Source of the DNA: an uncultured Candidatus Saccharibacteria bacterium
GTDB taxonomy: Bacteria; Patescibacteriota; JAQUNI01
DNA length: 64,000 bases
Direction of reading: 5' to 3'
NCBI GenBank assembly: GCA_964555185.1
Contig: CAZKRD010000001.1
Span: forward strand, 34,185-98,184
Shown here: piece by piece, positions 36,297 to 46,576 of the stretch
How the letters are laid out: each line of letters begins with the position of its first letter
How positions within the stretch are numbered: the stretch's first letter is position 1
Translations under genes and position numbers: made by a program
The notes under the pieces: model-generated
What the model was told of the DNA's origin: nothing
The model's input: only the letters and a program-made list of their open reading frames with translations
Database searches by the model: none

Positions 36297-38738
36297 ATGG
36301 AAATCGGCTATATCAAAAAACGTTGTATCACGGAAGAGATGGAGGAGTCTTATTTGGATTACGCGATGAGCGTGATTATTGACCGCGCCCTCCCTGATGT
36401 CCGAGACGGTCTGAAACCAGCCCACCGGCGGATTTTAGTGACCTTGAATGATTTGGGCCTAAAACCAAGGGGTCGTTTTCGCAAGTCAGCCAAAATCTGC
36501 GGCGATGTTTCTGGTAATTATCACCCGCACGGCGAAGCGATTGTTTATCCCTCAATGGTTCATCTGGCCCAGACCTTTAAGATGCGCTATCCGCTGGTTG
36601 ACAGCCAGGGCAACTTTGGCTCGATTGACGGCGATCGGCCGGCGGCGATGCGTTACACGGAAGCGAGAATGAAGGTTTATACCGAGGAGACCCTAAAAGA
36701 CCTCTATAAAGATACGGTTGATTGGCGCGATAATTATGACGGCACCAGACGCGAGCCTGTGGTTCTGCCCGGTCTTTTCCCTGCTTTGATTTTAAACGGT
36801 ACGATCGGGATTGCGGTTGGGATGGCGACAAACATTCCGCCTCATAATTTGGGCGAGGTAATTGATGCCTTGATTTATTTGATTGGTCATCGGGAGAAAG
36901 CAACCGTGGAGGACCTGATGCGCTATATCAAGGGTCCGGACTTTCCGACCGGAGGCCAGATTTACGACCAAAAAGAAATCAAGCAAGCTTATGCTTTAGG
37001 CAAGGGTTCGATTGTGATGCGCGCCCGGACCCAAATCCTGGAATCAAGGCCCGGGGGCTATGAAATTACGGTTACGGAACTCCCCTATCAGGTTAACAAA
37101 GCTACTCTAATCGAGAAGATTGCGGAGTTAGTGAAGAATAAGAAAATCCAGGGGATTCGCGATATCCGCGATGAGTCTGACCGTCAAGGCATCCGTTTGG
37201 TCATTTTTTTGAAAAAAGACGCTTATCCGCAAAAGGTTTTGAATCGCCTTTTTGTCTTAACCCAGTTGCAGTCAACTTTTCACGTTAATATGCTCGCCCT
37301 GGTGGACGGGATTCAACCCCGGGTTCTGCCCCTAGAACAGATGTTGGAGTGTTATTTAGACCATCGTTTTGAGGTTGTCAGCCGGCGCAGCGAGTTTGAA
37401 CTAGCCGAGGCGCGCTCGCGCGAGCATATTTTAGAAGGGTTAAAGAGAGCTTTGGATAAACTTGATCAAGTGATCACCACGATCCGCAAGAGCAGGGATA
37501 AAGAGTTGGCCCAGAATAATTTGATTAAAAAATTTAAATTCACGGACAAACAAGCAGCCGCTATTTTAGAGATGCGCTTGTCCAGCTTAGCCGGCCTGGA
37601 GCGCAAGAAGGTTTTAGATGAACTGAGTGAGAAAAAGTCCTTAATCGCTAAACTTAAAGGCATTCTGGCTTCCAAGAAAAGGATTTGGGGAGTGGTCAAA
37701 AAGGAATTAGAAGGACTGAAGGAAAAGTATGCTGACCCTCGCCGGACCCGTGTTTTTAAGCGCAAGGTCAGTGAATTTTCGGAAGAGGATTTGATTGCGG
37801 ATGAAGAGACGATTATTACTCTAACCCGCGGCGGCTATATCAAAAGGATGCAAACTGATGTCTACCGTGCTCAAAGCCGGGGTGGCAAGGGGGTTAGCAG
37901 TCAGAAGGTCAAAGAAGAAGACGTGGTTGACTACTGCTTTACCACGACCACTCACTCTAATTTGTATTTCTTTACGGACCAAGGCCGGGTTTTCCAGATT
38001 AGGACCTACGAGATTCCAGAATCAAGCCGCACGGCTCGCGGCCAGCTGATCGTGAATTTTATCCAGATCGGGGCAGACGAGAAAGTAACCGCGGTAGTGG
38101 ACATTCCGAAAAAACACAAATTTCGCTATTTGGTAATGGCAACTAGAGGCGGAGTGGTGAAGAAAACCAAATTAGAGGAGTATGCTAACGTGCGTCCTTC
38201 TGGTCTGGTTGCGATCCGTCTGCGGAGAGGAGATGTCTTGGAATGGGTAGAGCCTTCCACTGGTTTTGATGAGGTGATTTTAGCAACCAAGGCCGGTCAG
38301 GCGATTCGTTTTTTGGAAAAAGACGCCCGGCCAATGGGAAGGGCCGCTGCCGGAGTGAAAGGGATTGCTTTGCGTGAAGGCGACCAAATGATTGCGATGG
38401 AAATTATTCCGCGCAAGTATTCGATTATCGGCTTTCAGGTCTTGGTGGTGACAGAGAACGGTTATGGCAAACGGACGCCATTAAAATTTTACAAAGTGCA
38501 GAAACGGGGCGGTAAGGGTTTGAAAACCGCGAAAGTAACCGCCAAAAACGGTAATCTGGTCGCGATGAAGCTATTAGGCAAGGAAGAGAGGGATTTGATC
38601 CTGGTTTCGTCCCGCGGTCAAATCATCCGCATTCCAGCCGGAAGCATTTCCGAGCAATCAAGAGCGACCCAGGGGGTAACCCTGATGCGCTTTAAGGATA
38701 AGGATAAGGATAAGGTAGCGAACGTGACTTGGGTCTAA
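36297..38738 (+). CDS. gyrA: DNA gyrase subunit A.
   Basis: SYLDYAMSVIIDRALPDVRDGLKPAHRRIL...YHPHGEAIVY has the active-site Tyr region. C-terminal beta-pinwheel repeats. 813 aa. Confidence 0.9.
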   Translation: MEIGYIKKRCITEEMEESYLDYAMSVIIDRALPDVRDGLKPAHRRILVTLNDLGLKPRGRFRKSAKICGDVSGNYHPHGEAIVYPSMVHLAQTFKMRYPLVDSQGNFGSIDGDRPAAMRYTEARMKVYTEETLKDLYKDTVDWRDNYDGTRREPVVLPGLFPALILNGTIGIAVGMATNIPPHNLGEVIDALIYLIGHREKATVEDLMRYIKGPDFPTGGQIYDQKEIKQAYALGKGSIVMRARTQILESRPGGYEITVTELPYQVNKATLIEKIAELVKNKKIQGIRDIRDESDRQGIRLVIFLKKDAYPQKVLNRLFVLTQLQSTFHVNMLALVDGIQPRVLPLEQMLECYLDHRFEVVSRRSEFELAEARSREHILEGLKRALDKLDQVITTIRKSRDKELAQNNLIKKFKFTDKQAAAILEMRLSSLAGLERKKVLDELSEKKSLIAKLKGILASKKRIWGVVKKELEGLKEKYADPRRTRVFKRKVSEFSEEDLIADEETIITLTRGGYIKRMQTDVYRAQSRGGKGVSSQKVKEEDVVDYCFTTTTHSNLYFFTDQGRVFQIRTYEIPESSRTARGQLIVNFIQIGADEKVTAVVDIPKKHKFRYLVMATRGGVVKKTKLEEYANVRPSGLVAIRLRRGDVLEWVEPSTGFDEVILATKAGQAIRFLEKDARPMGRAAAGVKGIALREGDQMIAMEIIPRKYSIIGFQVLVVTENGYGKRTPLKFYKVQKRGGKGLKTAKVTAKNGNLVAMKLLGKEERDLILVSSRGQIIRIPAGSISEQSRATQGVTLMRFKDKDKDKVANVTWV

Positions 38739-38793
38739 AGGTAAGTCAAAAATTAAATATCAAAGATACAGATTAAAAGTTAAACATTGGAGA

Positions 38794-38820
38794 ATGCCGG
38801 GCAGGATGCCCGGTTTTTTG
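38794..38820. terminator. GC-hairpin terminator after gyrA.
   Basis: gccgggcaggatgcccggc followed by ttttttg. Confidence 0.7.
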
Positions 38821-38835
38821 AAATAAAAAAGATCT

Positions 38836-39303
38836 CTAGAGAAAAAAGAGATCTTGAGCGCAGTAAAGGGCCGGATTTGCCAGGAATTTAAAAGCATGAA
38901 TAACTACTAGAACTTCAGCCGTCAGACAGATGCCTCCCAGTAGGCCTGTGGGAAATTCGTCTTCCAGTTGATACATCATAGTGAAGAAGGCGAAAGCATA
39001 AGCAGCCATTATCACAATAAATATCCACCCTTCACCTAAGAGATAAAGAAAGTGGATAGAGAGCGCAACCAGTAGTATGTAGAGCGGGCTTAAACAAATT
39101 TTGACCCAGGGCAGAAAATGGCCGATGACAAAGCTCAATCCTATACCACCGAGGGTGAAAATAAGTAGAAAGTTCGCTGTCATAACAAAGCTATAGCGGA
39201 GAGACAATGAAAAGAGCAGACCAAGGCCCAAAGCTGTGATAACAGCAGTAGAAATCACGAATTGCTTCTCGCCTGCTTCCATCCAGTATTCTGAATCTCT
39301 CAT
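38836..39303 (-). CDS. Hypothetical small membrane protein (4 TM).
   Basis: Start at the internal M (MRDSEYWMEAGEKQ...). Hydrophobic. Follows a similar membrane-protein gene. Confidence 0.45.
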   Translation of the reverse strand: MRDSEYWMEAGEKQFVISTAVITALGLGLLFSLSLRYSFVMTANFLLIFTLGGIGLSFVIGHFLPWVKICLSPLYILLVALSIHFLYLLGEGWIFIVIMAAYAFAFFTMMYQLEDEFPTGLLGGICLTAEVLVVIHAFKFLANPALYCAQDLFFL

Positions 39304-39329
39304 CTTCAGTCTCCTTTCAGAATTTTTGG

Positions 39330-39782
39330 TCAGGATATTCGTTTTACCGCCTCTATAATAAGAACGATCAACAAAAACTCGATCCCAACCCCAAATAACC
39401 ATCTGGCTTTTAATGGACTGTCAGGTCCGAGGTAGTAGGTGGGGGAATAGATAGTCAGGAACATGCCACCTAATAAGCAGATTAGGGCCACGCCATCCAG
39501 GACATCTGGCCAGGGCGAAAGGCGGCAGCCAATGATCATAATACAACCACAGGCTAAGATGAAAGCTCCCAAAAAAGTCAGGGCCTTTCTGGAAAATAGA
39601 GAGGCAACCACGGAAACCACGATAGCACCAAGAGTCGTGAAGAGGGCAGCATAGATACAATTCTCCAGTGTGAGAACTTTGGTTATTAAAGGAACAAAGA
39701 ATGTGCCTAGCGCTACAATGGTAGCTAGGCCCGTAGCGATCAGGACTATGTTGTTATCTAATCTTTGCTTTAATCCAGCCAT
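39330..39782 (-). CDS. Hypothetical small membrane protein (4 TM).
   Basis: 150 aa and hydrophobic. Confidence 0.45.
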   Translation of the reverse strand: MAGLKQRLDNNIVLIATGLATIVALGTFFVPLITKVLTLENCIYAALFTTLGAIVVSVVASLFSRKALTFLGAFILACGCIMIIGCRLSPWPDVLDGVALICLLGGMFLTIYSPTYYLGPDSPLKARWLFGVGIEFLLIVLIIEAVKRIS

Positions 39783-39821
39783 TATTAGGTCTCCTTTCCT
39801 TTCTCGGTGTTCGATGTGAGC

Positions 39822-40166
39822 TTAATCTATCCGTTTACAACCTTCAAAATGAACCTTGTTGTCATTAAATACTTTGACAACCTTGTATCTTCCTTTTGTA
39901 TATATTTCCTTGTTTTTAATAAAATGGGTTGCTTCTAAAATAATAATGCTTGCTTTTGGCCGTGAAAGCTGTTGATTGCCTTTGGTTTCGACAAGAGGGA
40001 TTTCACCATGCAGCCAGTAATTGCGCTGTTCTTTTTTTAAGAAAGGGTAGATTCTGCCTGTTTTCAAATTTGCCGGGATGCATTCCGCCCTCTTGCGTCT
40101 GCCTTTTTTGAATTCTGCTATGTTGCGCAGAGCAAGATCTGGATTGAACTCAACTTTAATACCCAT
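39822..40166 (-). CDS. Hypothetical basic 114-aa protein downstream of clpP.
   Basis: MGIKVEFNPDLALRNIAEFKKGRRKRAECIPANLKTGRIYPFLKKEQRNYWLHGEIPLVE... No family recognised. Confidence 0.45.
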   Translation of the reverse strand: MGIKVEFNPDLALRNIAEFKKGRRKRAECIPANLKTGRIYPFLKKEQRNYWLHGEIPLVETKGNQQLSRPKASIIILEATHFIKNKEIYTKGRYKVVKVFNDNKVHFEGCKRID

Positions 40167-40187
40167 GGTTTTAGTGTGGGGTTGATT

Positions 40188-40763
40188 TTACTTCTTAATC
40201 ACTTTGTCTACGATTCCGTATTTTACTGCTTCTTGGGCAGTCATATAAAAGTCGCGGTCTGTGTCTTTTTCGATTTTCTTTAAGGCCTGGCCAGTATGCT
40301 TGGCCAAAATTTTGTTGATCCGGTCTTTAACTTTCAGGATGTGCTCGGCTCGGATCGCAATGTCCGTGGCCTGGCCTTCTGCTCCGCCCATTACTTGGTG
40401 GAGCAGAATTTCGGAATTGGGCAGGGCAAAACGTTTGCCAGGAGTGCCGGAAGTGAGGAGCGCGGCCCCCATCGAGCTAGCCAGACCAATGCAGATTGTG
40501 GAAACATCGGGTTTAATGTATTGAATCGTGTCGTAGATAGCAAAGCCGGATGTGACTGAACCGCCGGCTGTATTGATGTAGAGATGAATCTCTTTATCCT
40601 GATCTTCCGAAGCCAGGAACAGAAGCTGGGCAATCACTGTATTGGCGACAGCATCATTGATTGTGTTGCCCAAGAAAACAATCCGTTCCTTTAAGAGCCG
40701 GGAGTAGATATCAAAAGCTCGCTCTCCGGAGTGTGATTTTTCAATGACAGTTGGAATCAACAT
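40188..40763 (-). CDS. clpP: ATP-dependent Clp protease proteolytic subunit.
   Basis: [20 protein letters not shown]...[11 protein letters not shown]...HQVMGG carries the Ser/His/Asp triad context. Start at the internal ATG (40763). Confidence 0.9.
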   Translation of the reverse strand: MLIPTVIEKSHSGERAFDIYSRLLKERIVFLGNTINDAVANTVIAQLLFLASEDQDKEIHLYINTAGGSVTSGFAIYDTIQYIKPDVSTICIGLASSMGAALLTSGTPGKRFALPNSEILLHQVMGGAEGQATDIAIRAEHILKVKDRINKILAKHTGQALKKIEKDTDRDFYMTAQEAVKYGIVDKVIKK

Positions 40764-40879
40764 ATAGTTCAAAGTTAAAAGTGCAAAATTCAAAGTTGAA
40801 TTCAAAGTTCAAAGTTAAGTTTTTTTAATGATTTGGGTCTTAGATTGCAACTTTTAACTTTGCACTTTGAACTTTTAAC
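40764..40879. repeat. Family B dyad spacer between nrnA and clpP (gttcaaagttaaaagtgcaaa ... tttgcactttgaacttttaac).
   Basis: Near-perfect inverted arms of about 21 nt flanking a 60-nt core. Confidence 0.6.
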
Positions 40880-41830
40880 TTATTTTTGGATCACCCACTT
40901 CCCTTTTTTACGCGCTAGGCGCCCTTTGATCGTAAAGCCGGAAGCTAGTGGGTGTCCCCCGCCTCCGTAGCGGGCAGCGATTTTAGCGACATCGACTCCC
41001 CGCCCTTTTTCCGAACGCAAACTTGCTTTGATCTTGTTTTTTTCTTGTTCCGAGAGCAGCATGGCGTATTTAGTGCCTTCAGCGGTATTGATGATGCTGA
41101 CCACGCCGTCCAGGTCCTCTGGTTTGGCCCCGAGTTCTTCAAAATCCTTTTGGGTAATAGCAGACAGAGTGACGCCCTTTTTCTTATCTTGGAGGGTGCG
41201 GGTAAGCGCTCGCCCCCAGATTTTTAAGGCGGGCAGGGATTTATTCTGATAGGTTTGCTGGGCGATTTTGTTCAAGTTTGCTCCTTGCTTCATTAGATCA
41301 GCGGCTACTTCCAGGGTCTGGGGCAGGGTGTTGGCGTGTTGAAAACTGCCTGTGTCCGTAAAAATTCCAGTCAGAAGGCAGTTGGCAATCTTGTGGTCCT
41401 GGATATTTAGTTTTTGAATCAGAAAATAGAGTATTTCGGCCGTAGAAGAAGTTTTGGTTTCAACCAGATTCAGATTACCAAAGGGCTTTTTTTGGGGATG
41501 ATGGTCGATATTGATCAGGGCCCTGTATTGAAGGTGGGACCATTTCAAGCCAATCCTTTTTTTATCCCCGGCATCCAAGGCGATAATAATATCAAATTTT
41601 TTCCCGGGAAGCTCATTCACGATTTTATCAGAAGCAGGCAAGAAAGAGAGATTTTTGGGGACAGGATCAGGAGAAAAACAGACGACCCTCTTCTTCATCT
41701 TTTTTAAAGCCAGAGCCAAAGCGAGCATTGATCCCACGCCGTCGCCGTCAGGATTTTCATGAATAGCAAGCAGAAAAGAGGAAAATTTCTTCAATATTTT
41801 CAAGACAAGGTTAAGGTCTTTTTTTGACAT
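40880..41830 (-). CDS. nrnA: DHH-family phosphoesterase NrnA (nanoRNase / pAp phosphatase).
   Basis: HENPDGDGVGS...INIDHHPQ are DHH motifs, followed by a DHHA1 C-terminal region with GGGH. Confidence 0.8.
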   Translation of the reverse strand: MSKKDLNLVLKILKKFSSFLLAIHENPDGDGVGSMLALALALKKMKKRVVCFSPDPVPKNLSFLPASDKIVNELPGKKFDIIIALDAGDKKRIGLKWSHLQYRALINIDHHPQKKPFGNLNLVETKTSSTAEILYFLIQKLNIQDHKIANCLLTGIFTDTGSFQHANTLPQTLEVAADLMKQGANLNKIAQQTYQNKSLPALKIWGRALTRTLQDKKKGVTLSAITQKDFEELGAKPEDLDGVVSIINTAEGTKYAMLLSEQEKNKIKASLRSEKGRGVDVAKIAARYGGGGHPLASGFTIKGRLARKKGKWVIQK

Positions 41831-42170
41831 TTTGATCTAAGAGTTTATTGATCCTTTCTGCTTTTTCTTGAGAAGTGTCAACACTAAAGTGAAGTTTGGG
41901 GATCTTTCTTAAATGGAGGCGGGAACTAAGGAGGGATTGTAGCTTAATCTTATTTCTTTGTAAAGTTTTCACAATTAAGCTTCTTTTATCTTCAGGTAGA
42001 ACCGAAATCCAAATGCGAGCTTGGGACAGATCTCGAGAAGTGACAACTCGAATTATGGTCGTAAGAGTATTAGGCGGCAGATCGATTTCTGTCAAAATCG
42101 CATTTGCCAGTTCCTTTTTAATCAGGCTGTTAAGTTTTGCAATACGGTAGGACATGGGGTTAATTTTCAA
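41811..42170 (-). CDS. rbfA: Ribosome-binding factor A.
   Basis: RIAKLNSLIKKELANAILTEI...TIIRVVTSRDLSQARIWISVL. Downstream of infB, as in the canonical operon. Confidence 0.8.
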   Translation of the reverse strand: MKINPMSYRIAKLNSLIKKELANAILTEIDLPPNTLTTIIRVVTSRDLSQARIWISVLPEDKRSLIVKTLQRNKIKLQSLLSSRLHLRKIPKLHFSVDTSQEKAERINKLLDQNVKKRP

Positions 42171-42367
42171 TTTTCAAATCTCAATTTTCAATCAAATCCG
42201 AAGGTTCAATGATTTAATTTTCAAACAGTTTGAACATTTCATCATTGGTTATTGGAAATTGATTAGTAAATTGGTACTTGAAAATTGAAAATTGATTGTA
42301 AACCCTTCGGCAAGGTCCAAGCGGTGAGCATAGTCGAACCATTGAAAATCGTCAATTGAAAATTTCC
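42171..42367. repeat. Family A repeat, inverted copy, with an adjacent ggttcgactatgctcaccgcttgg...gccgaagggttt sub-unit.
   Basis: Reverse complement matches 29395-29615. Confidence 0.7.
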
Positions 42368-44128
42368 CTACAGGGTTTGCTTTTCCTTTTCCACCTTATA
42401 GAATTCCAAGATATCCCCTACTTCTATTCTTATTTCACCGATGAATCTAATACCCGCTTCCTGGCCGGCTTTTACTTTTCCTACTTTTTGCTTAGCTGAC
42501 TGCAATTCTCCTAAAACCCCTTCGCCCAAAAGCTCCCCTCCTCTCTTGACTCTGATTTTACTGTTTGTTTCCACTATACCTTGGGTTACCCTGCCGCCGA
42601 CGATCATCCGGTCTTTCTCGGTCCTAAAGATGGCCAAGACTTCCAATTTGGCGATTTCTTTGATTTTGATTTGGGGTTTCAGCATTTCCAGAAGGCCTTT
42701 TTTGATGCTGTCAGTCAACTCATAAATAACCTGATAGGTATGGATCTCAACCCCTAGTTGTTTGGCCAGCTTTGTCGCTACCGTACTTGGCTCGACCCTA
42801 AAGCCGATTAGTTTTGAATTGGTGATGTGGCTTTTGATCACGTCTGATTCAGTGATTCTGCCGGTTCCTTCACTGACAATATAGGCGGCAACCTTTTTAG
42901 ATTTCAATTTGGCTAGATTCTCAAGGATTGCTTCTCTCGAGCCGTGGGTGTCTGTCTTAATGATTAAATTCAATTTTTTAATTTTGGGATTTAGGGCTTT
43001 TTTGTTGATTTGATTCAAGACCTCCCTCTCTTTCTGATTCCTTGTTTTGTTTGTTTTTTTAGAATGTTTAGCTGTAGTCTGGACTAGACTGCCGACCGGC
43101 GGGATTTCGGAGAAGCCGATGATTTTGACTGGGGTGGAGGGGCCGGCCCGCTTGATCATTTTGTCTTGATAGTCCTCCATTCTTTTAATCTTACCGTTAA
43201 TGCTAGCGGCTGTGACCAGATCCCCTATTCGTAGAGTACCTGATTGGATTAGGATCGTCGCTTCCGGTCCTCTTTGCGAAGAAAGGTGGGATTCAATCAC
43301 CGTGCCGAATACGGGCTGTTTGAGCGGGGCCTTTAACTTTTCCATTTCAGCAATGAGCAGAATGAGATCAAGAAGCTCATCTACCCCCTGTCCTGTTTTA
43401 GCCGAGATTTCCTGGAGCGGCGTCTTCCCTCCCCATTCTTCGATCTGAATGTTTACAGAAGCGAGTTCTTGTTTGACTTTATCTGGTTTTGCCTCTGGCT
43501 TGTCTATTTTGTTAAGCGCGACGATCAGCGGAATTTTTGCTTTGTGAATATGTTTGATTGCTTCCTTGGTTTGGGGCTGGACCCCGTCATCAGCGGCAAT
43601 AACCAGGATCGCGATATCAGTGAGGTGCGCTCCTCGCTCGCGCATTGCTTTAAAGGCCTCGTGGCCGGGCGTATCAATAAAAGTAATGACTTGACCATTG
43701 TGCTTTACTTGATAGGCGCCGATGTGTTGAGTGATGCCGCCGGATTCTTGGCTGATTGTGTCTGTTTTACGCAGATAATCAAGAAAGGTTGTTTTGCCAT
43801 GATCAACGTGGCCCATCACGGTTACTACCGGGGGCCGTGGTCCTAATTTCCCGGAGACTTTTTCGCCTTTTTCCTTCTTTTTTTTCGGGATCGGAGCTTT
43901 GGCCTCGGAGTTTGTCTTCTGTTTTGATTGAAAGACCGCCTCGTAACCTAGATCCTCGGCAATCACCGCCGCGGTTTCCTGGTCGATTTCTTCATTGATC
44001 GTGACATAAATGTCATTTTGGATCAACTCTTTAATCACCCGGGGCGTTGGCAAATCTAAAATTTGGGCCAAGTCTTTGACCCTGATCGTAGCGGGAATTA
44101 CTATTTTTTGGGGAGTCTGGTTAATCAT
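42368..44128 (-). CDS. infB: Translation initiation factor IF-2.
   Basis: G domain [16 protein letters not shown]...DTPGHEAF...NKID and a C-terminal beta-barrel. Confidence 0.95.
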   Translation of the reverse strand: MINQTPQKIVIPATIRVKDLAQILDLPTPRVIKELIQNDIYVTINEEIDQETAAVIAEDLGYEAVFQSKQKTNSEAKAPIPKKKKEKGEKVSGKLGPRPPVVTVMGHVDHGKTTFLDYLRKTDTISQESGGITQHIGAYQVKHNGQVITFIDTPGHEAFKAMRERGAHLTDIAILVIAADDGVQPQTKEAIKHIHKAKIPLIVALNKIDKPEAKPDKVKQELASVNIQIEEWGGKTPLQEISAKTGQGVDELLDLILLIAEMEKLKAPLKQPVFGTVIESHLSSQRGPEATILIQSGTLRIGDLVTAASINGKIKRMEDYQDKMIKRAGPSTPVKIIGFSEIPPVGSLVQTTAKHSKKTNKTRNQKEREVLNQINKKALNPKIKKLNLIIKTDTHGSREAILENLAKLKSKKVAAYIVSEGTGRITESDVIKSHITNSKLIGFRVEPSTVATKLAKQLGVEIHTYQVIYELTDSIKKGLLEMLKPQIKIKEIAKLEVLAIFRTEKDRMIVGGRVTQGIVETNSKIRVKRGGELLGEGVLGELQSAKQKVGKVKAGQEAGIRFIGEIRIEVGDILEFYKVEKEKQTL

Positions 44129-44160
44129 TATTCAAAATTTATGGTTCAAGATTCATTTCC

Positions 44161-44406
44161 CTATTTTTTCTTAATAATTTGATAGACAAGGGCAACGATC
44201 AAAAAAACAGCGCCGACCCAGAAACAGCCCAGGATGAATTTCACTAGTCCACCCAAGCCCGCGAAAACCAGAATAAGAGCGAGGATAATCAGGCCTAAAA
44301 GCCAGCGCAGGGGGACGGGTAGATAGTCGGCGAAAATACCCGAAACATTATAGACGGGTTCTTTAAGGTATTTTTTCACTCCTTTTTTAATTTGCCTTCT
44401 GGGCAT
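44161..44406 (-). CDS. Small hypothetical two-TM membrane protein.
   Basis: 81 aa with hydrophobic segments. Confidence 0.4.
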   Translation of the reverse strand: MPRRQIKKGVKKYLKEPVYNVSGIFADYLPVPLRWLLGLIILALILVFAGLGGLVKFILGCFWVGAVFLIVALVYQIIKKK

Positions 44407-44555
44407 GGGAGGGGGTTAATTTTCAATTTTCAAGTACCAATTTTCAATCAATTTTCAATAACCAATGACTAAATGTTCAAACTGTTTGAAAATTAAATCT
44501 ATTCGAAAATTGGGATTTGATTGTAAATTGAAAATTGTAAATTGAAAAATTTTCT
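44407..44555. repeat. Family A repeat, copy 4.
   Basis: Identical core to 24705-24853. Confidence 0.75.
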
Positions 44556-45425
44556 TCAGAATGTTCTCGTTTTCCCTACGATCACCCTTAATTTTTGGGG
44601 GACAGCCTGGATTATAACCGGGGTGCGGCCTGCGTTTTGGTTGTCAGCGATAATCGAGAACGGCTTTTTCCCGACCGAGTTTACTTCCACTTTTTTGGCT
44701 TTAAAGATCGATGTTCTAGGCAGGGAGTGATAGGCCTCGCTGCTGGCCAGCTTCAGGTTTTTAGTCAGAGAAAATTTGTGATATTTGCTAGTAATAAATA
44801 TGTTCAAGAGTCCGTCTTCCGGGTTCGCGCGCGGTGATGTTTCAGGATGGGAGGATAGATTGACAAAAGCCGCTTGGAAGAGATCCAATCGGATTTGAAA
44901 TTTCTGATCCAGGTTCAAGACAACCTCGCGGGGGTGATAGTGGAGGGCGCGGAAAAGCGAGGGGTTGCCATTTTTATCTAAATCCTGTTTCCGTCCGCCA
45001 AAGCCGATTAGGGCGCGGGTCAAGAAATACTGACGGTTGACTTTGCCCAAGTCAATCAATTTGACGATTCTTGAAGAGATGGTGTCGCAAGCCGCCTCGC
45101 CGATTTGGGCGCCTAATGCTTGGCCGATTGAGTTAGGTTTGGAGATGGGGATCAGCCCCAAAGTAATTTCAGAAAGCGGCTTTTTATTTTGGGTCAGGAT
45201 TGTATTTGAGATTTTTTTAAAGGTGTGATCATTGCCCACCGCGACGATTGTAACTTTTTCTTCTTTTAATCCTTCTAAAACAATTTCCTCCATATTGCGC
45301 AGGAGCCGTACTCTATTGGTTTCTCCGGCGATGTCAAGGTCAGCCAGTTTGATTTCAATCCGGTCAAGGATTTTGCGGTATTTTGGCTTTTCCAGGAATG
45401 AGTCGTAAATATAATAATACATCAT
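44556..45425 (-). CDS. Diacylglycerol-kinase-catalytic-domain (YegS/BmrU-like) lipid kinase family protein, with a degenerate glycine motif.
   Basis: TIVAVGNDHTF stands in place of the GGDGT nucleotide loop. The overall size and layout of about 290 aa fit the DAGK_cat family. Confidence 0.4.
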   Translation of the reverse strand: MMYYYIYDSFLEKPKYRKILDRIEIKLADLDIAGETNRVRLLRNMEEIVLEGLKEEKVTIVAVGNDHTFKKISNTILTQNKKPLSEITLGLIPISKPNSIGQALGAQIGEAACDTISSRIVKLIDLGKVNRQYFLTRALIGFGGRKQDLDKNGNPSLFRALHYHPREVVLNLDQKFQIRLDLFQAAFVNLSSHPETSPRANPEDGLLNIFITSKYHKFSLTKNLKLASSEAYHSLPRTSIFKAKKVEVNSVGKKPFSIIADNQNAGRTPVIIQAVPQKLRVIVGKTRTF

Positions 45426-45519
45426 TAAAAGTCAAAAATTAAAAGTGGTCTTGTTTCTTTTTTAGAAATTAAGCCTTGGGTCTAAATTGAGGAGTTTGAT
45501 TTGATCTCCGGCGTTTGTT

Positions 45520-45906
45520 TTAATTTTCCGCTTCTTCTACTTTGATTTCGGTTTCTTGGCCTTCTTGGCTTGGCATCTGACATTGACCACGCAAGATCGC
45601 GCCGGGCGAGATCGAAATGATTTTGGCTGCGATATCGCCTTCCACCTGTCCGGTTTCGGTAATTTCCAGTGCTTCTTCTGCGGTTACATTCCCCTTGACC
45701 TTGCCGGCAATAACGATGTTTAAGGCCTTAATATTGGCGGAAATCATTGCCTGTTCGCCCACAGCCAGGTTTTGGGTCGTTTGGATGTTGCCGGCAACCT
45801 GGCCGTCAATCCGGACATTGCCTTGAGAAGAGAGCTCCCCTTCTACTTTGACGGACGGCCCGACAATAGTTTCTGCTTGATTTTCTTCTTGTTTTTTGTC
45901 GCTCAT
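45520..45906 (-). CDS. Bactofilin (polymer-forming cytoskeletal protein).
   Basis: Repeating beta-helix motif: GNVRIDGQVAGNI...IAGKVKGNV...GQVEGDIAA. Confidence 0.7.
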   Translation of the reverse strand: MSDKKQEENQAETIVGPSVKVEGELSSQGNVRIDGQVAGNIQTTQNLAVGEQAMISANIKALNIVIAGKVKGNVTAEEALEITETGQVEGDIAAKIISISPGAILRGQCQMPSQEGQETEIKVEEAEN

Positions 45907-45962
45907 AGAGTTTTTAAATAGAGATTTAATGTAGGGGGTTTTTGGATCGCCTAAGAAACCTG

Positions 45963-46418
45963 CTACCCCCTTTTGTTAATTGCTTCTAATTCTTCTTTGG
46001 TTAGTTGATATTTCGATTGACCGCCGAAAACAGGCTTGGCATAGATGCGGTCGCCTGTGCTACTGTGGAGATTAGATATTACCACGCCGCTTTTATGTCG
46101 ATCAAGAAGAGCGATTGAAAAGCTTTGATCTCCGCCCTCGTCGGCAAAAGGATTAAACCGGACAATGTTGACCTTCTGGACAGTGAAGTCTAATTTTTCT
46201 TCTAGTTTTTTTACCGAATCTTTTAGGGCTCGAATTTTATCTTGAACTGTTTTTAAGTTCTTGTTTTGGGAATTCAAAATTTCCTCCAGATTGCTCCCCT
46301 GCGCTTGGCCTAAGAGCTCTTTGTTTGCCCGGTGGGTTTTATAAAGCGTATAATGCAGGTAAGAAACCCAAGCCAAAAGGACAACTGTGATTCCAACCAG
46401 GATCAAGGTAAAAATCAT
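45963..46418 (-). CDS. DUF4446-like membrane-anchored protein.
   Basis: N-terminal TM helix followed by ...VNIVRFNPFADEGGDQSFSIALLDRHKSGVVISNLHSSTGDRIYAKPV. Family assignment from memory. Confidence 0.4.
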   Translation of the reverse strand: MIFTLILVGITVVLLAWVSYLHYTLYKTHRANKELLGQAQGSNLEEILNSQNKNLKTVQDKIRALKDSVKKLEEKLDFTVQKVNIVRFNPFADEGGDQSFSIALLDRHKSGVVISNLHSSTGDRIYAKPVFGGQSKYQLTKEELEAINKRG

Positions 46419-46576
46419 TTAAAGGATTTGAGTTCATTAGATAATTCATTATATCCTTTGTTTGGCCTGTTTGTCAATTTTGGTTTGTTTGACATTTAGA
46501 GTGATTTGTGATATGTTTAGAAGCTGTGAAGTTTGGTAATGTTTGGAATATAGGTAACCAGGAGGAGGTGTGATTG

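Noticed and set aside
39421-39660. Overlapping 79-aa minus ORF and 63-aa plus ORF within the membrane-protein gene 39330..39782
   Set aside because: These are alternative-frame ORFs within a hydrophobic coding region. The main frame has a consistent TM pattern and an RBS.
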